The notes beneath the pieces are model-generated. The model saw only the letters and a list, made by a program, of their open reading frames with translations, did no database searches and had not been told where the DNA came from. From contig CAJFCJ010000024.1 of assembly GCA_904063045.1 (NCBI GenBank), positions 1-64,000 of the forward strand: a stretch of 64,000 nucleotides of DNA. Reading direction: 5' to 3'. The number at the start of each line of letters is the position of its first letter. The stretch's first letter is position 1. This document shows, in pieces, positions 1 through 10,701 of this stretch. The position numbers and the translations under genes were made by a program. Source of the stretch: Dimorphilus gyrociliatus. Taxonomy: Eukaryota > Animalia > Annelida.

Positions 1-67
1 CATATGTCGCATTTGGTGATTCTGTAGCAGTCGCCATATTCGTCTGTAAGGGATTGATAACAGACAT
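1..67 (-). CDS. Partial 5' end of a probable further TRIM-array gene running off the window edge
   Basis: ATG at 67 opens MSVINPLQTNMATATESPNATY..., which runs off the window. The N-x-(S/T)-Y ending resembles the pre-RING leaders of neighbours (NSYTL, NKSYEL). Confidence 0.35.
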   Translation of the reverse strand, partial: MSVINPLQTNMATATESPNATY

Positions 68-281
68 TTTAATATTGAAAGATAGTCGCTATCAGATAAC
101 AGTCCCAAAAAATTGGTAATGTTCAATTAAGATTTCAATAAATAAGACTTAACACATTTTTTTTCAATTTAAGGTTATTTAAAAGTTTTTATTTCTTATG
201 TTTGCATTAAAGAAATAATTCATTCTTCTAATTAAATTAATCTCTTCGAAAAGAGATAGATAGATGTAAGATACTTTATAG

Positions 282-1871
282 TTAAAGCTTTATAGAATGT
301 ATTTTATTGGAGTTTTTTTCTGTAATATAGAGTTGTTTTGTTGATGGATTATATTTGATGATATTTGAATGAAATTCGATGTCGATAACTTGCTGTTTTT
401 CCCTTTCATCTACTTTAAAAATTTCCAATTTTTTTAAGTTTGTATAGCCAATGATGATTGTATTTTCATCTATTGAACAAATTGAAGATGGTCTGTCTAA
501 TATTTTAGGTTGAAATTTAAGATCTTTAGATTCTTCAAACGGTTGAAAACTACTTTCAGAGTTTAAGCCATCGTATATCCATAGCCAACTCGATTCTGAG
601 CAATTCTCATCTATTGCAATAAAACAAGAAGAGCGTAATAGACAAAAAGCTTTAAAATTAAAGGATTCCTTTGGATTGCTTTTGTGACTTAAAGTCTCTA
701 CAGATAAATTTTCATCGTAATATTCTATATAAGCGTCTTTCGTTAAGCAATGAAGAATATTTAATTTATCGCAAGCAGCATCGACTATTCCATCTAACAG
801 TTTGACTGTCCTACGTTTGGACAGATTTAGATACCAAAAGTAACCCATTTGAATATAGCAAATATCTTTATCAAGTGAGAAAACAGTGTTGAACGGATCT
901 TTTGAAGTTCCTAAAATAAGAGCGTCTCCATTAGTATTTATAGAACGAATAGCATATGTTTGATTTAATTCTTTACTGCTAACTATCAAAGAAGATGATG
1001 GTCCAAAATTCGGCAGAATACCTAATATATTTTCGGCACCAGTTACTTTAACAAATACAGTTTCTTCAACAGATTCGTTTAATAACACATCTCTCTTCAT
1101 TGTTAATGATCTAAGACAATTCTCCAAAATAGTATGCATTCTTCCATCTCTTCCTCTAATTGATTGAATGACTTTGTTCATTGATTTTTGACCAAATGAA
1201 TTATAATTATGATTTAAGCGATTAATAACTTTTCTTGCTTTCAGTTCGCTTGATATGGAAAATTTTTGAAGAAAATTTTGAATGAATTCATTATTCATTG
1301 ATAAAAATGGCAATTTATTTTCCTTATTGTCATGCTTTAAACATTCCAACATACTGATTTCAGAATCTTTTTTATCATCTAGAAAATTTAAGAATGTATA
1401 GTAATCTTCCGAAATCATAAATTCTAAATAACTATGTATATCCTTATCTTTAGATGACCTTAACGTATAATACTGCTTTAGCTTTTCTCTAATATTTTCT
1501 AACTTTTTGGTAATATTTCTTATTTCAATTTTAGAACTATCCACCTTTTTATCGTCTAATTCGTGCAACGCTTTTCTATCAAGCTCGTTTGATTGTTCAA
1601 AACAATCAAAACTAGTTTCTTCTCTATTGAGATCTAATTGTTCAGAATTATTAGTTGGAGGAAGAGCTATTTCTTCTTCTTGGTCATTGCTATCTTGATC
1701 GCAGATAGTGATGAATCCGCACAGAGGACAAGAACATTCATTATAACACGACGACGTTCTAAGTAAGAATAGACAATCTTTACATAGAGTGTGTAGGCAA
1801 GAAAGAATTCTAACAGTAGTTTTTGTCACTTCATTGCCACAAAGACAACAATTTCTATATGTTTCATCCAT
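282..1871 (-). CDS. TRIM-like RING protein, no B-box; coiled coil plus NHL-like propeller C-terminus (array gene 1), intronless
   Basis: C3HC4 RING: CCLC...CLHTLCKDC...CPLC. C-terminal motifs shared with paralogs: WLWIYD, RPSSICSI, LYITEKNSNKI. Single 529-aa ORF. Confidence 0.85.
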   Translation of the reverse strand: MDETYRNCCLCGNEVTKTTVRILSCLHTLCKDCLFLLRTSSCYNECSCPLCGFITICDQDSNDQEEEIALPPTNNSEQLDLNREETSFDCFEQSNELDRKALHELDDKKVDSSKIEIRNITKKLENIREKLKQYYTLRSSKDKDIHSYLEFMISEDYYTFLNFLDDKKDSEISMLECLKHDNKENKLPFLSMNNEFIQNFLQKFSISSELKARKVINRLNHNYNSFGQKSMNKVIQSIRGRDGRMHTILENCLRSLTMKRDVLLNESVEETVFVKVTGAENILGILPNFGPSSSLIVSSKELNQTYAIRSINTNGDALILGTSKDPFNTVFSLDKDICYIQMGYFWYLNLSKRRTVKLLDGIVDAACDKLNILHCLTKDAYIEYYDENLSVETLSHKSNPKESFNFKAFCLLRSSCFIAIDENCSESSWLWIYDGLNSESSFQPFEESKDLKFQPKILDRPSSICSIDENTIIIGYTNLKKLEIFKVDEREKQQVIDIEFHSNIIKYNPSTKQLYITEKNSNKIHSIKL

Positions 1872-2037
1872 TATTATTTTAAATATTGAACGAACATGAA
1901 CGAATTTTTAAGCTTCAATCTTCTTTATACTACTGATAAGATAAGATAATATTAAAAAAAATAAGCAAAACTCCAATGTCAGTAATAATACGTATTATTT
2001 ATTTATTAAATACGTTAAACTATACGTTTGATATACT

Positions 2038-3750
2038 TTACGAAAAAATATGTAAACGATTTGTACCTTCTTCTGAAACGAAAATTTCATCAGTCTTCTC
2101 AGAATAGCTGACAAATTCTGGATGAAAATTTAAAGAAACAATTAATGGTTTTTTCGTATAATTCCCATAAAATAGGTGTAATCTTTTCGCTTCCTTATCG
2201 GCTATTATCATACCTTTCCCCTTTAATGAACAAATTCCAGAAGGATGTACAAATTGTAATGGTCCAATTGGTTCATGAGCCTTTTTACCCAACGAATCTG
2301 CGAATGATCTATCACGTGTTCTCTGTCCGTAAATCCATATACAGGAACCTTTCTTAAAAGTTTCACTCAAAACCGCTAAACGACTATTACTTAACGGACA
2401 AATACTCTTGTAGTTAGCTGAGTCCTCGTTTTCTTTCGGTCCTAGGTCACATCTTGAAATTAGTCGAAAATCTGATCCAATAATTAATTTTCCAATCGTG
2501 TTCTTCGTAATATAAATAAAGCTATTACTGTCTCCAATACAAGCATCGACAGCATCATCTATAGCTGCTAGGACAGTTATCTCATAGGAAAGGAAGTTCG
2601 AAACGCGCAACATAGAATCTGATAAAAGGACGAATAATTCCTTCTTGTACGACAAAATACTCCTAATTGGTTTCCGGAAAAACTGAAAAACTGATATTCT
2701 ATCATTTTCATCAATCTTGTATATCTTTCCTGTCCCGCCTGTGCTCATTACACTAACGTAAGTGTAACCTGTAGAACGGTGATCTGCGCAGATTGCCGTA
2801 ATTTCACCAGCTGATGGAAAGGTAACAATTCTCTCCTTTTTATCGAATTCTTTAACCAGCTCATAATCTCTTTCTGTGCAAATACTCTCCAACCTAGTTA
2901 CCATTTCAGTATAGTTAACTCTCGATAATCTGTCGGATAGGCACTCGCTGAACATATCCATAAAGATATTTGCATATTCGAATCCCTTTTTTCTATTCAA
3001 TTCAATACCTTTACTATTCGAATTGGCAATTTTAGACTGAAGATCTTGTACAAATAAGTTTAATTCTCCAAGCATTTCATTTCTAGCCTCCACGCACATT
3101 TCATCAGATTCATCAATAGATGCTATCTTTCTCTTAAGCTCATCAATTCGGTAAATTTCTTGACAGTATCGAACTTCAATGTCGCTTGCTATTTTAGTTT
3201 TAACACAGTCGACTATATCTTTTAGTGTATCTTCCAGAGAGACAGTGTCGGATATTGCATGATTCATTGTAGCAAATATTCGACATTGAATATTTTCTAG
3301 TATTTCTCTGCAACGTCTTTGAAAATCATTATGATTGATATCTTTTATTGTTACTATTTTATGATCTTTATGATTTTCATGGCAATCTACACAAAATTGA
3401 ACGGCACAAAGTTGGCAATAGAATATAATTCTTAATTTATGTTTTCTACAAATTCCAAAATTTGATGAAATTTCTAGAGCGTCGTCTGTGTCTAATAAAA
3501 GATCTGCAGGAACAAGATTATCTGCAATTCCATTAATTTTGTCCTGAGACCAAAGTGTATTTTTGTCACATATAGGACATTGAAAAGTAGATTCATCTTT
3601 TGGCTTGAATAGAGAAAGTAGACATTTCTTGCAGAATGTATGTTGGCACTGCAAAAGCTTTGGACTATTATTCAGCCACTCTTTCGTACAAAGAGAACAT
3701 TCCAAGTAGTTTTTCTTCAAAGTATAAGAATTAGCATTGCTGGCAGACAT
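2038..3750 (-). CDS. TRIM protein: RING, B-box2, coiled coil, NHL-like C-terminus (array gene 2), intronless
   Basis: RING CSLC..CQHTFCKKC..CPIC. B-box CRKH..FYCQLC..FCVDCHENHKDH. NHL-like HPSGICSLKGKGMIIADKEAKRL. 570-aa ORF. Confidence 0.92.
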   Translation of the reverse strand: MSASNANSYTLKKNYLECSLCTKEWLNNSPKLLQCQHTFCKKCLLSLFKPKDESTFQCPICDKNTLWSQDKINGIADNLVPADLLLDTDDALEISSNFGICRKHKLRIIFYCQLCAVQFCVDCHENHKDHKIVTIKDINHNDFQRRCREILENIQCRIFATMNHAISDTVSLEDTLKDIVDCVKTKIASDIEVRYCQEIYRIDELKRKIASIDESDEMCVEARNEMLGELNLFVQDLQSKIANSNSKGIELNRKKGFEYANIFMDMFSECLSDRLSRVNYTEMVTRLESICTERDYELVKEFDKKERIVTFPSAGEITAICADHRSTGYTYVSVMSTGGTGKIYKIDENDRISVFQFFRKPIRSILSYKKELFVLLSDSMLRVSNFLSYEITVLAAIDDAVDACIGDSNSFIYITKNTIGKLIIGSDFRLISRCDLGPKENEDSANYKSICPLSNSRLAVLSETFKKGSCIWIYGQRTRDRSFADSLGKKAHEPIGPLQFVHPSGICSLKGKGMIIADKEAKRLHLFYGNYTKKPLIVSLNFHPEFVSYSEKTDEIFVSEEGTNRLHIFS

Positions 3751-4279
3751 TTCTAACTGTTTATTATTTAATTATCTACTATAATAAATGATCAGAATAT
3801 TCGATTATTAAGCAAATTTTTGAAGTAAAATAATATAATCTATAAATCGGCAGGAGAACAATTTTTAGACTGGGCGGTGTTCTGTATACCCGCTTGAGTT
3901 TTACACATTTTCCAGTTGATTTGTACTCACCATATATATATAAGTATAAAAAAGATACACAGACGCACTATATATATATATATAAATGTACGCCAATATA
4001 TTTAATAGGCCTAAAAGAACTTTAATAGATTTAACAAAAGATAATTTATAATTTATTTTAATATTAAATTTATTCATCAAGAAAAAAGAGAGATTAATAA
4101 ATCATTAGATAAACATTTTAATCCTTAAAACAACTGTTTCCTTTATCAATATTAATTAATTAATTAATTTTTAATTAACAAATAGATTTTTAAATAAATA
4201 AACGTGTTTGTTTTTGTTATTAAAAACTTTTAAAAAAAATACGAAGATAAGTTTCTTCTTCTTTTTTTAAAAAATTTTC

Positions 4280-5068
4280 TTAACCAAATATATATACGAC
4301 TAAAAAAAATATAAGGATTATAACTATTAAACAGATATTACTCTGTATCAAATTAATAAGGGTTTGATCGTAAATAGACTGATCTCTTATTTCTAAAGTA
4401 TTTGATATTTTCTCAAATTTCGATACTAAAATTGAATATTTCTTATATAGAGATTCAATTCTTGCCTCCTCCTTTTTAAATAAGTCTTCACCTATAATTT
4501 TAACCCTCTTCCTCAACTCTGGGATTTTTCTTTCGATCTCAACTACGCCGTTATTCAATGAATCCATACTAATTTCCATTCTTTGTTTTAGATCTTCCAT
4601 AACCGTATTACATTTTATAAGGAAACTACCATTTCCTAAATAATCTAACCAAGGTTTTAGATCGTGATCTTTATGATCATTCCAACACTCTTTACATACT
4701 GGAACATTCCAACATTGGCGGCAAAAGAATAACACTTCCGCTTTATGTTCAACGCAAACTGATGTAACGTTACTTAGATCTTCAACATTATCCTTCTCTT
4801 TAGAAACACTTAAAACATTCCACGCTATCCGATTTCTGATCAGACCATCAGCTCCTTCTATTGGCCAATAAAAAGCAGATCTACAAATAGGACATAAGAA
4901 GTCGATAGCTTTATTCTTCAATTGAAGCTGATTCAAACATTCTTTGCAGAATGTATGCTGACAAGGTAGAACTCTTGGATCTCTATGTAGCCAGTTTTCG
5001 CAGCAAATGGGGCAAGTAAAGTAATCTTCTTTCAACTCGTACCTCAAATTCTTTGATGCTTCATCCAT
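4280..5068 (-). CDS. Short TRIM: RING, B-box2, coiled coil, C-terminal hydrophobic tail anchor (array gene 3)
   Basis: RING CPIC..PRVLPCQHTFCKEC..CPIC. B-box CVEH..CRQC..CKECWNDHKDH. Ends NICLIVIILIFFLVVYIFG-stop with no propeller. Confidence 0.85.
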   Translation of the reverse strand: MDEASKNLRYELKEDYFTCPICCENWLHRDPRVLPCQHTFCKECLNQLQLKNKAIDFLCPICRSAFYWPIEGADGLIRNRIAWNVLSVSKEKDNVEDLSNVTSVCVEHKAEVLFFCRQCWNVPVCKECWNDHKDHDLKPWLDYLGNGSFLIKCNTVMEDLKQRMEISMDSLNNGVVEIERKIPELRKRVKIIGEDLFKKEEARIESLYKKYSILVSKFEKISNTLEIRDQSIYDQTLINLIQSNICLIVIILIFFLVVYIFG

Positions 5069-5998
5069 ACTGTCTTTGTTCTACTGTTACTCTTGAGTTC
5101 TATTATTCAATCTATTCATCTATATCAAACGTAGGAATATACGCAATCATCGTATTTTCTTAAGATATTCTTTGATATTTATAAAAATTAATTGCAAATG
5201 TTTCTACTTCGTTCCAATGTTAAGTAATGAAGTATTGTAGATTTGTTATTAAAGGCTATTTTAAAACTGAGTAGTTTTAGGAACAATATACAATTTTGTT
5301 ATAATAATCTGCCTAAAACTGGTAATAACTTTTATTAATTATGCTTAATAAGGCATAAATTAATTTAGCTCAAAGTAAGAACCGGACAAACACTAATTAA
5401 AAAGACAGGATAATAATCTTAAAGAATTTGTTACACTCTAATTAATTAGCTTAACTAATTATTGAAGCTCGGATTTGAGAGTATAGACTAATACTACATG
5501 AATATATTCGTTTTATGCATATAAAGCAAGATATGTCATTCTTGTTTATCAAGGTAAATCAATGGCAACAGTGGGAGAGAGGGAGCCAGAGAATTAGAGA
5601 AAGAGAAAGAGAATTACTTGCTCAAACGAAAGATTTTCGATGAAGCATTTCCAAAGTGTTACTTATGAAGAGTTGTATAATTCGCATTGTATTATTTTGA
5701 AAAGAAAGCTGTTATTATACGAAAAATAACGTTAAAATCTATCAATTAATGATTAAAGAGCTAAAAGCTAACTGATAAAATCATATTTTTTCCCTCTTTC
5801 GTAATTAATATATAGTTATAATCTATAGCTTTCTAACTCTTAATAGGTTATATTTAATCAATTAGAATTGAATATTTTCTTGAAATTCACAATTACATAG
5901 TCTTTAAATCTTCTTAAAAGAAGTAAATTAGTTACAGTTATTTAGAAAATATAGAGTAGGAGCTTCTCTCTTAATCTTCTGTTTAAACTGTCGCTTTT

Positions 5999-6031
<33 letters not shown>

Positions 6032-6210
6032 GCTCTCTGCCTTTTTCTAATCTCAAGATATTCAAGTCAAGTAAATAAATTATATAAAATATACTATACA
6101 CGGTCTTTCTACGATTGCTTGATGAATATATCTATCTGGGTATATGTAAAAAAATAGTGTTACAGTTTGTTTAATACTGCTTTTTAACTTGAGTAATATT
6201 AATAATAACA
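5069..6210. promoter_or_regulatory. Divergent intergenic region between TRIM genes 3 and 4
   Basis: Head-to-head start codons 1.14 kb apart, with purine/pyrimidine tracts. A shared promoter is inferred from geometry only. Confidence 0.4.
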
Positions 6211-7989
6211 ATGGCGGAATCAGCAGACAATAATAAAAGTTACGAATTAAATGCTGATTACTTCGATTGCCCAGTCTGTTCTGACAGTTGGCTATCAAAA
6301 GATCCGAGAGTATTACCTTGTCAACATACATTATGCAAAGAGTGTTTAGGCAAGTTGGAGCACAAGGAATGCGTCGGCTTTGATTATATTGAAGATGTTA
6401 TAAATTGTCCTGTTTGCAGATTAACGGTAGTATGGCCGGAAAGAGGAATAGACGGATTTCCAAAAAATCTAGTAGCATCTAATGTAACAATAAGCAAAAA
6501 ATTAGATCAAGTGAATAATTTAAATTGCGATAAACACGGCTTAGAAATTATCTTTGTTTGCTGTTTTTGTTCAAACATTCCAATTTGTAGAAAATGTTGG
6601 AAGAATCATGAAAATCACAAATTAAAAGTTTATGAAGATTATATTAAATCGAAAAATTTTAAAGATAAATGTAACGAAGCTCTTGAACAGTTTAAACAGC
6701 ATTTTGATAAGTCGTACTCGAATTTGGCATTGAATGATGATAGGGTAGAAAAGATAATTAGTCGTGCAATACATCAAGTTAAAGAAAGTTGTATTCAAAG
6801 TAGAAAGAAAGCTATCGAAAATATAAATGAAAGATTAGAAATATTAAAACAAGTTGCAAATGATAAAGAAAACTGGAATTCTCTCAAAGAGCTTGAATTT
6901 GGAAATAAGGTATTACATTCAATACAAAGTGAATTACAAGAGAGCGAACATTACAGTATAAAAGCAAACAATACTGAAGAAATGGAAAGAAAGATTATTA
7001 ATTTTGCAACTGAACTTTTCCTTGCCAAAGAGAAGACTGGATCTACAGGGAAAATATTGGAATATCATAACTTATTAATACAAATTGAAGATTTATTCCG
7101 AATATGTCGTGAACCTAAATATCCCTATAAATTGTTCAATTTTGAAGATGTTAGAGAAATAAATAGGGTAAAATTTCCAGTTGTTTTATGCATTCACGCT
7201 ATGTGCTATCATATGGATAATTTTAATTCGCTTTATTTGAGCGTTACTACAGTTTATGAAAAGGCTATTATATGGCAGTTGAATTCGAATAACTTTGAAA
7301 TAATGAAAACATTTCGCCTAGATAAGATTGCCCAGAGCATAATGATTTTTAAGGATGAAGTTTATTTATGTAATTGCGAAGCTATTGTTAAACTTGACGA
7401 AACCCCTATCCTCATTACTAGAATTGAAAATGCGGTTGCTGCTATCGCGGGAGATGGAAATTATTTTATTTGTATAACAAAGCATACAATTAAAAAAGTT
7501 GTTATGGATCCTTTAATAAATCAAGTAATCGTTATTGATATTGGTCCTGGTATAGCTCCGCATTTAACTCAGTATAAGAGTATTTGTAATTGGAAGAATG
7601 ATTTTGTGATTGTTCTTGATGGCAGTTTTAGAGGTGGAAAGTGTATATGGATTTACGACGTTGATCAAAATTGTAGAAGAAGTATCTTTTCGTGCGGTAA
7701 ATATAGATCGCCAACTATAAATAAAGAAGAGCCGCTGTTTTTCGAAAATCCATTAAGTATTTGTTCGATAAATAATGATGTTGCCATTGTATCTGATTCA
7801 GGTTTAAAAAGACTACAAATATTTATAAATTCTATGGAAAATAAGCCAAAAACATATACTTTGGATTTTAGTCCAGATCTTATTTGCTTCTCTCCGAATA
7901 AAGAAGAGATCTATGTCTCCGAAAGAAGAGGAAATAATATACTTATATTATCTTATAAAGACTTTCCAACTAAGACAAGAAACGATTGA
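6211..7989 (+). CDS. TRIM protein: RING, B-box2, coiled coil, NHL-like C-terminus (array gene 4), intronless
   Basis: RING CPVC..PRVLPCQHTLCKEC..CPVC. Post-RING WPERGIDGFPKN. B-box CDKH..CCFC..CRKCWKNHENH. C-terminal CIWIYD and NPLSICSI. 592 aa. Confidence 0.92.
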   Translation: MAESADNNKSYELNADYFDCPVCSDSWLSKDPRVLPCQHTLCKECLGKLEHKECVGFDYIEDVINCPVCRLTVVWPERGIDGFPKNLVASNVTISKKLDQVNNLNCDKHGLEIIFVCCFCSNIPICRKCWKNHENHKLKVYEDYIKSKNFKDKCNEALEQFKQHFDKSYSNLALNDDRVEKIISRAIHQVKESCIQSRKKAIENINERLEILKQVANDKENWNSLKELEFGNKVLHSIQSELQESEHYSIKANNTEEMERKIINFATELFLAKEKTGSTGKILEYHNLLIQIEDLFRICREPKYPYKLFNFEDVREINRVKFPVVLCIHAMCYHMDNFNSLYLSVTTVYEKAIIWQLNSNNFEIMKTFRLDKIAQSIMIFKDEVYLCNCEAIVKLDETPILITRIENAVAAIAGDGNYFICITKHTIKKVVMDPLINQVIVIDIGPGIAPHLTQYKSICNWKNDFVIVLDGSFRGGKCIWIYDVDQNCRRSIFSCGKYRSPTINKEEPLFFENPLSICSINNDVAIVSDSGLKRLQIFINSMENKPKTYTLDFSPDLICFSPNKEEIYVSERRGNNILILSYKDFPTKTRND

Positions 7990-7993
7990 TGAT

Positions 7994-8020
7994 AAACAAA
8001 CAAACAAACAAACAAACAAA
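7994..8020. repeat. (AAAC)n microsatellite
   Basis: About six tandem AAAC units right after the gene 4 stop. Confidence 0.9.
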
Positions 8021-8614
8021 AAATACTAACAGTCTATTTTTTTAAGCCTTTTAACAAAACGAAAAAATTCAAAGTAACATAATCAACTTCTATATTTTCC
8101 CTAATTAAATAAAAAAAATGTTAATAAAAATTTATATTGTCTATTATTGTAATAATATGAATATTCATTAGCTGGATGAATTGTATTATAAGGGGGTAGA
8201 AAGACAAAAAAAGGGAGATAACTTTTAAACAAGGCTTCAAGGAAGAAGTTGGTGATAAATGAAGGAAATGAGAATAAAAAATCAATAAAGTAAAGAATAT
8301 CTAATATATAAAAGAGATAAGAAAATAATCTTTTATATCCTTAAAAGTAAAACTTTAAGACAAATGACTATTTTTTATTGACTATAAAGTACTCTTCTGT
8401 AATAGCTTAAGTGTATATACTATAATTCTTATTAGAATAAGATATCAATATGTATAACGAAAATCCCTTTGAGTAATGAATAACGATTATGTTGAGAGTG
8501 TCTTCCTCCATGCCTCACTAGTTTATAACTATATTTCCTATCGATTAGATATTATTCGCGTAAATAATATATTAGATACTAGTTATATTGTATTATCTAT
8601 TGCTCGTTATGCTT

Positions 8615-8616
<2 letters not shown>

Positions 8617-8647
<31 letters not shown>
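8617..8647. repeat. (TA)n microsatellite
   Basis: TA run upstream of TRIM gene 5. Similar runs lie at about 42281-42313, 57640-57664 and 61404-61432. Confidence 0.85.
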
Positions 8648-8654
<7 letters not shown>

Positions 8655-8720
8655 TTATATTATTATTATATTAATGCAATATAACTTATCACCTATAATC
8701 TGTACTTTTTTATTTTAAAA

Positions 8721-10430
8721 ATGGCTGCTTTAGAGAGTGCATTCTTAAAAATTAGTGAAGATTATTTCGAGTGTGCGATCTGTTTTGAGCAATGGATTTA
8801 TAGGAACCCGCGAGTGTTTCCCTGCCAACATACTTATTGTGGTATATGTATTGATGAATTATGGAAGAGTTGTAATCAGGCGATTTCTATTTCTTGTCCT
8901 CTGTGTAAGAAATTAGTAAATTGGCCTAACGAAGGTGTAGATGGATTTCCGAAGAATTTGGTTGCGTCTAATATTTATTTACCTGAGAAAGATGATAAGA
9001 AATCAATGTGTAAAAAGCATGAAAAAGAGATAATCTTCGTCTGTAAAGATTGCTTTGATGAGAAAATCTGTCAAGGCTGTATCACAGATCATTCAGCTCA
9101 TAATTTACTTACTTTAGATAATTATATAAGAGATGGAAAAATGTATCATGGATGTCACAAGATCAATAATATATTAAAGTCTCTTCATCAATACCAAAGA
9201 AATGTTATTGCTAAAGATAGTTATCTTCTTAAGGAGTTACCATCAACTATATGTTGTATAATTGAAGAGAAACAAACAGCAAATATAAAGAAGTTAGAGA
9301 TGATTAAAAAATGTATTTCAAGAATTACTACTTTTATTCAATTAAAGGAAAATTTTAACGATGAAGAATTGAATGATACAAGTCAAATATTAGAAAAAAT
9401 AGAGAATATTTTACCGAATGTAGACAATTTAGATTTTAAAAATAACGAATACGAAGGAAAATTATTTATGAATTTAAAGAATATGCTTTTATCAAAGGAG
9501 CTAAACGATCCTAAAAATGTTAATTTGAACTATGCAGAATTATTACAGAATTTTGATAAGATTCTCACATCAGATATCTTATATAAGATATCAAAAAATC
9601 TATCTTCCATAGATTATTTACATTTCAGCTCTGAGCGGTCTATTAATATTCAGAATATTGTTGAGATATTTTCAGTATGTTCTCATTCTGATGGTTTTAT
9701 CTATATGGGTGTTTATGCACAAAATACACTCAAATGGGCATGGTTAGGTTATTTAGATAATAAAAGAAGTTTTGCTATTTGGAAAGTTAATGAAAAGACT
9801 CTAAAACCGGTAAAAAAGTTCCAATTAAATGAATTACCTAATAGTATTATTGAACATAACAGAGAACTTTACGTAGGTTTTAAAAGTTCCGTTCAGACTT
9901 TGAATGAGTCATTAGAAATTGTTCTAAAAAGGAAGAATATACTTCATTCAATAAGGCAAGTTATACCAAATGATAAAAATTCATTAATATTCAGCACAAA
10001 TAATTCTATTGAAAAGTTAAGTTTTAACGAAAGTGAATCGAGCAAAACAAGGATCAAAACGCTATTGAATTCTGTTCATTTTAATGGTCAAATATGTAAT
10101 TGGAAGGAGAATTCATTAGCTCTTCTTGTTGGAAGTAAATTAATAATATACAAACCAGAAAAGGAAATAATCAAAACAATAGAGTTAAGGAATCAAATAT
10201 ACTTTAATAGAAAAGTATTATTTTCGTCAATTCTATCAATAAATAATGATTTTTTAGTCATTTCCGAATATAATTCAAAGACTTTAACGATATTCTATAA
10301 CGTTGAAGATGAACCGCAAATCTATAAATTGGATGTTAGACCACGTAAAATTTGGCATATAGAAAGTAGAAAAGAAATTTGGATAAATAACGGAGTTAAC
10401 AAGCTAATTGCTTTATCCTATGCCCACTAA
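8721..10430 (+). CDS. TRIM protein: RING, B-box2, coiled coil, NHL-like C-terminus (array gene 5), intronless
   Basis: RING CAIC..PRVFPCQHTYCGIC..CPLC. WPNEGVDGFPKN. B-box CKKH..CKDC..CQGCITDHSAH. 569 aa. Confidence 0.92.
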   Translation: MAALESAFLKISEDYFECAICFEQWIYRNPRVFPCQHTYCGICIDELWKSCNQAISISCPLCKKLVNWPNEGVDGFPKNLVASNIYLPEKDDKKSMCKKHEKEIIFVCKDCFDEKICQGCITDHSAHNLLTLDNYIRDGKMYHGCHKINNILKSLHQYQRNVIAKDSYLLKELPSTICCIIEEKQTANIKKLEMIKKCISRITTFIQLKENFNDEELNDTSQILEKIENILPNVDNLDFKNNEYEGKLFMNLKNMLLSKELNDPKNVNLNYAELLQNFDKILTSDILYKISKNLSSIDYLHFSSERSINIQNIVEIFSVCSHSDGFIYMGVYAQNTLKWAWLGYLDNKRSFAIWKVNEKTLKPVKKFQLNELPNSIIEHNRELYVGFKSSVQTLNESLEIVLKRKNILHSIRQVIPNDKNSLIFSTNNSIEKLSFNESESSKTRIKTLLNSVHFNGQICNWKENSLALLVGSKLIIYKPEKEIIKTIELRNQIYFNRKVLFSSILSINNDFLVISEYNSKTLTIFYNVEDEPQIYKLDVRPRKIWHIESRKEIWINNGVNKLIALSYAH

Positions 10431-10603
10431 ACTAGAAAAGAGAGTAGATTCTGTCCCTGATTTATTATGATTCTGTTTTTTTAAAGAAAATACAATTAAT
10501 TAAATACTATTTTATTGTTTTGATATAATTATTCAAATTTATTCAAGAGCTTATTCAAAATATGTCAATGCCAATATATAAATATATATAGAGAGGGACA
10601 GAG

Positions 10604-10606
<3 letters not shown>

Positions 10607-10650
<44 letters not shown>
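10607..10650. repeat. (GA)n microsatellite
   Basis: About 22 GA units between convergent TRIM genes 5 and 6. Confidence 0.9.
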
Positions 10651-10653
<3 letters not shown>

Positions 10654-10701
10654 AGTATAATATAAAGCAAACAAAAAGAAACAGCTATACATGATATACA
10701 A

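Noticed and set aside
8476-8718. Short ORFs across microsatellites (also 10551-10733, 32463-32669, 45375-45569, 61276-61567)
   Set aside because: YIYI, SLSL and THTH runs are translation artefacts of (TA)n, (GA)n and (TG)n repeats.
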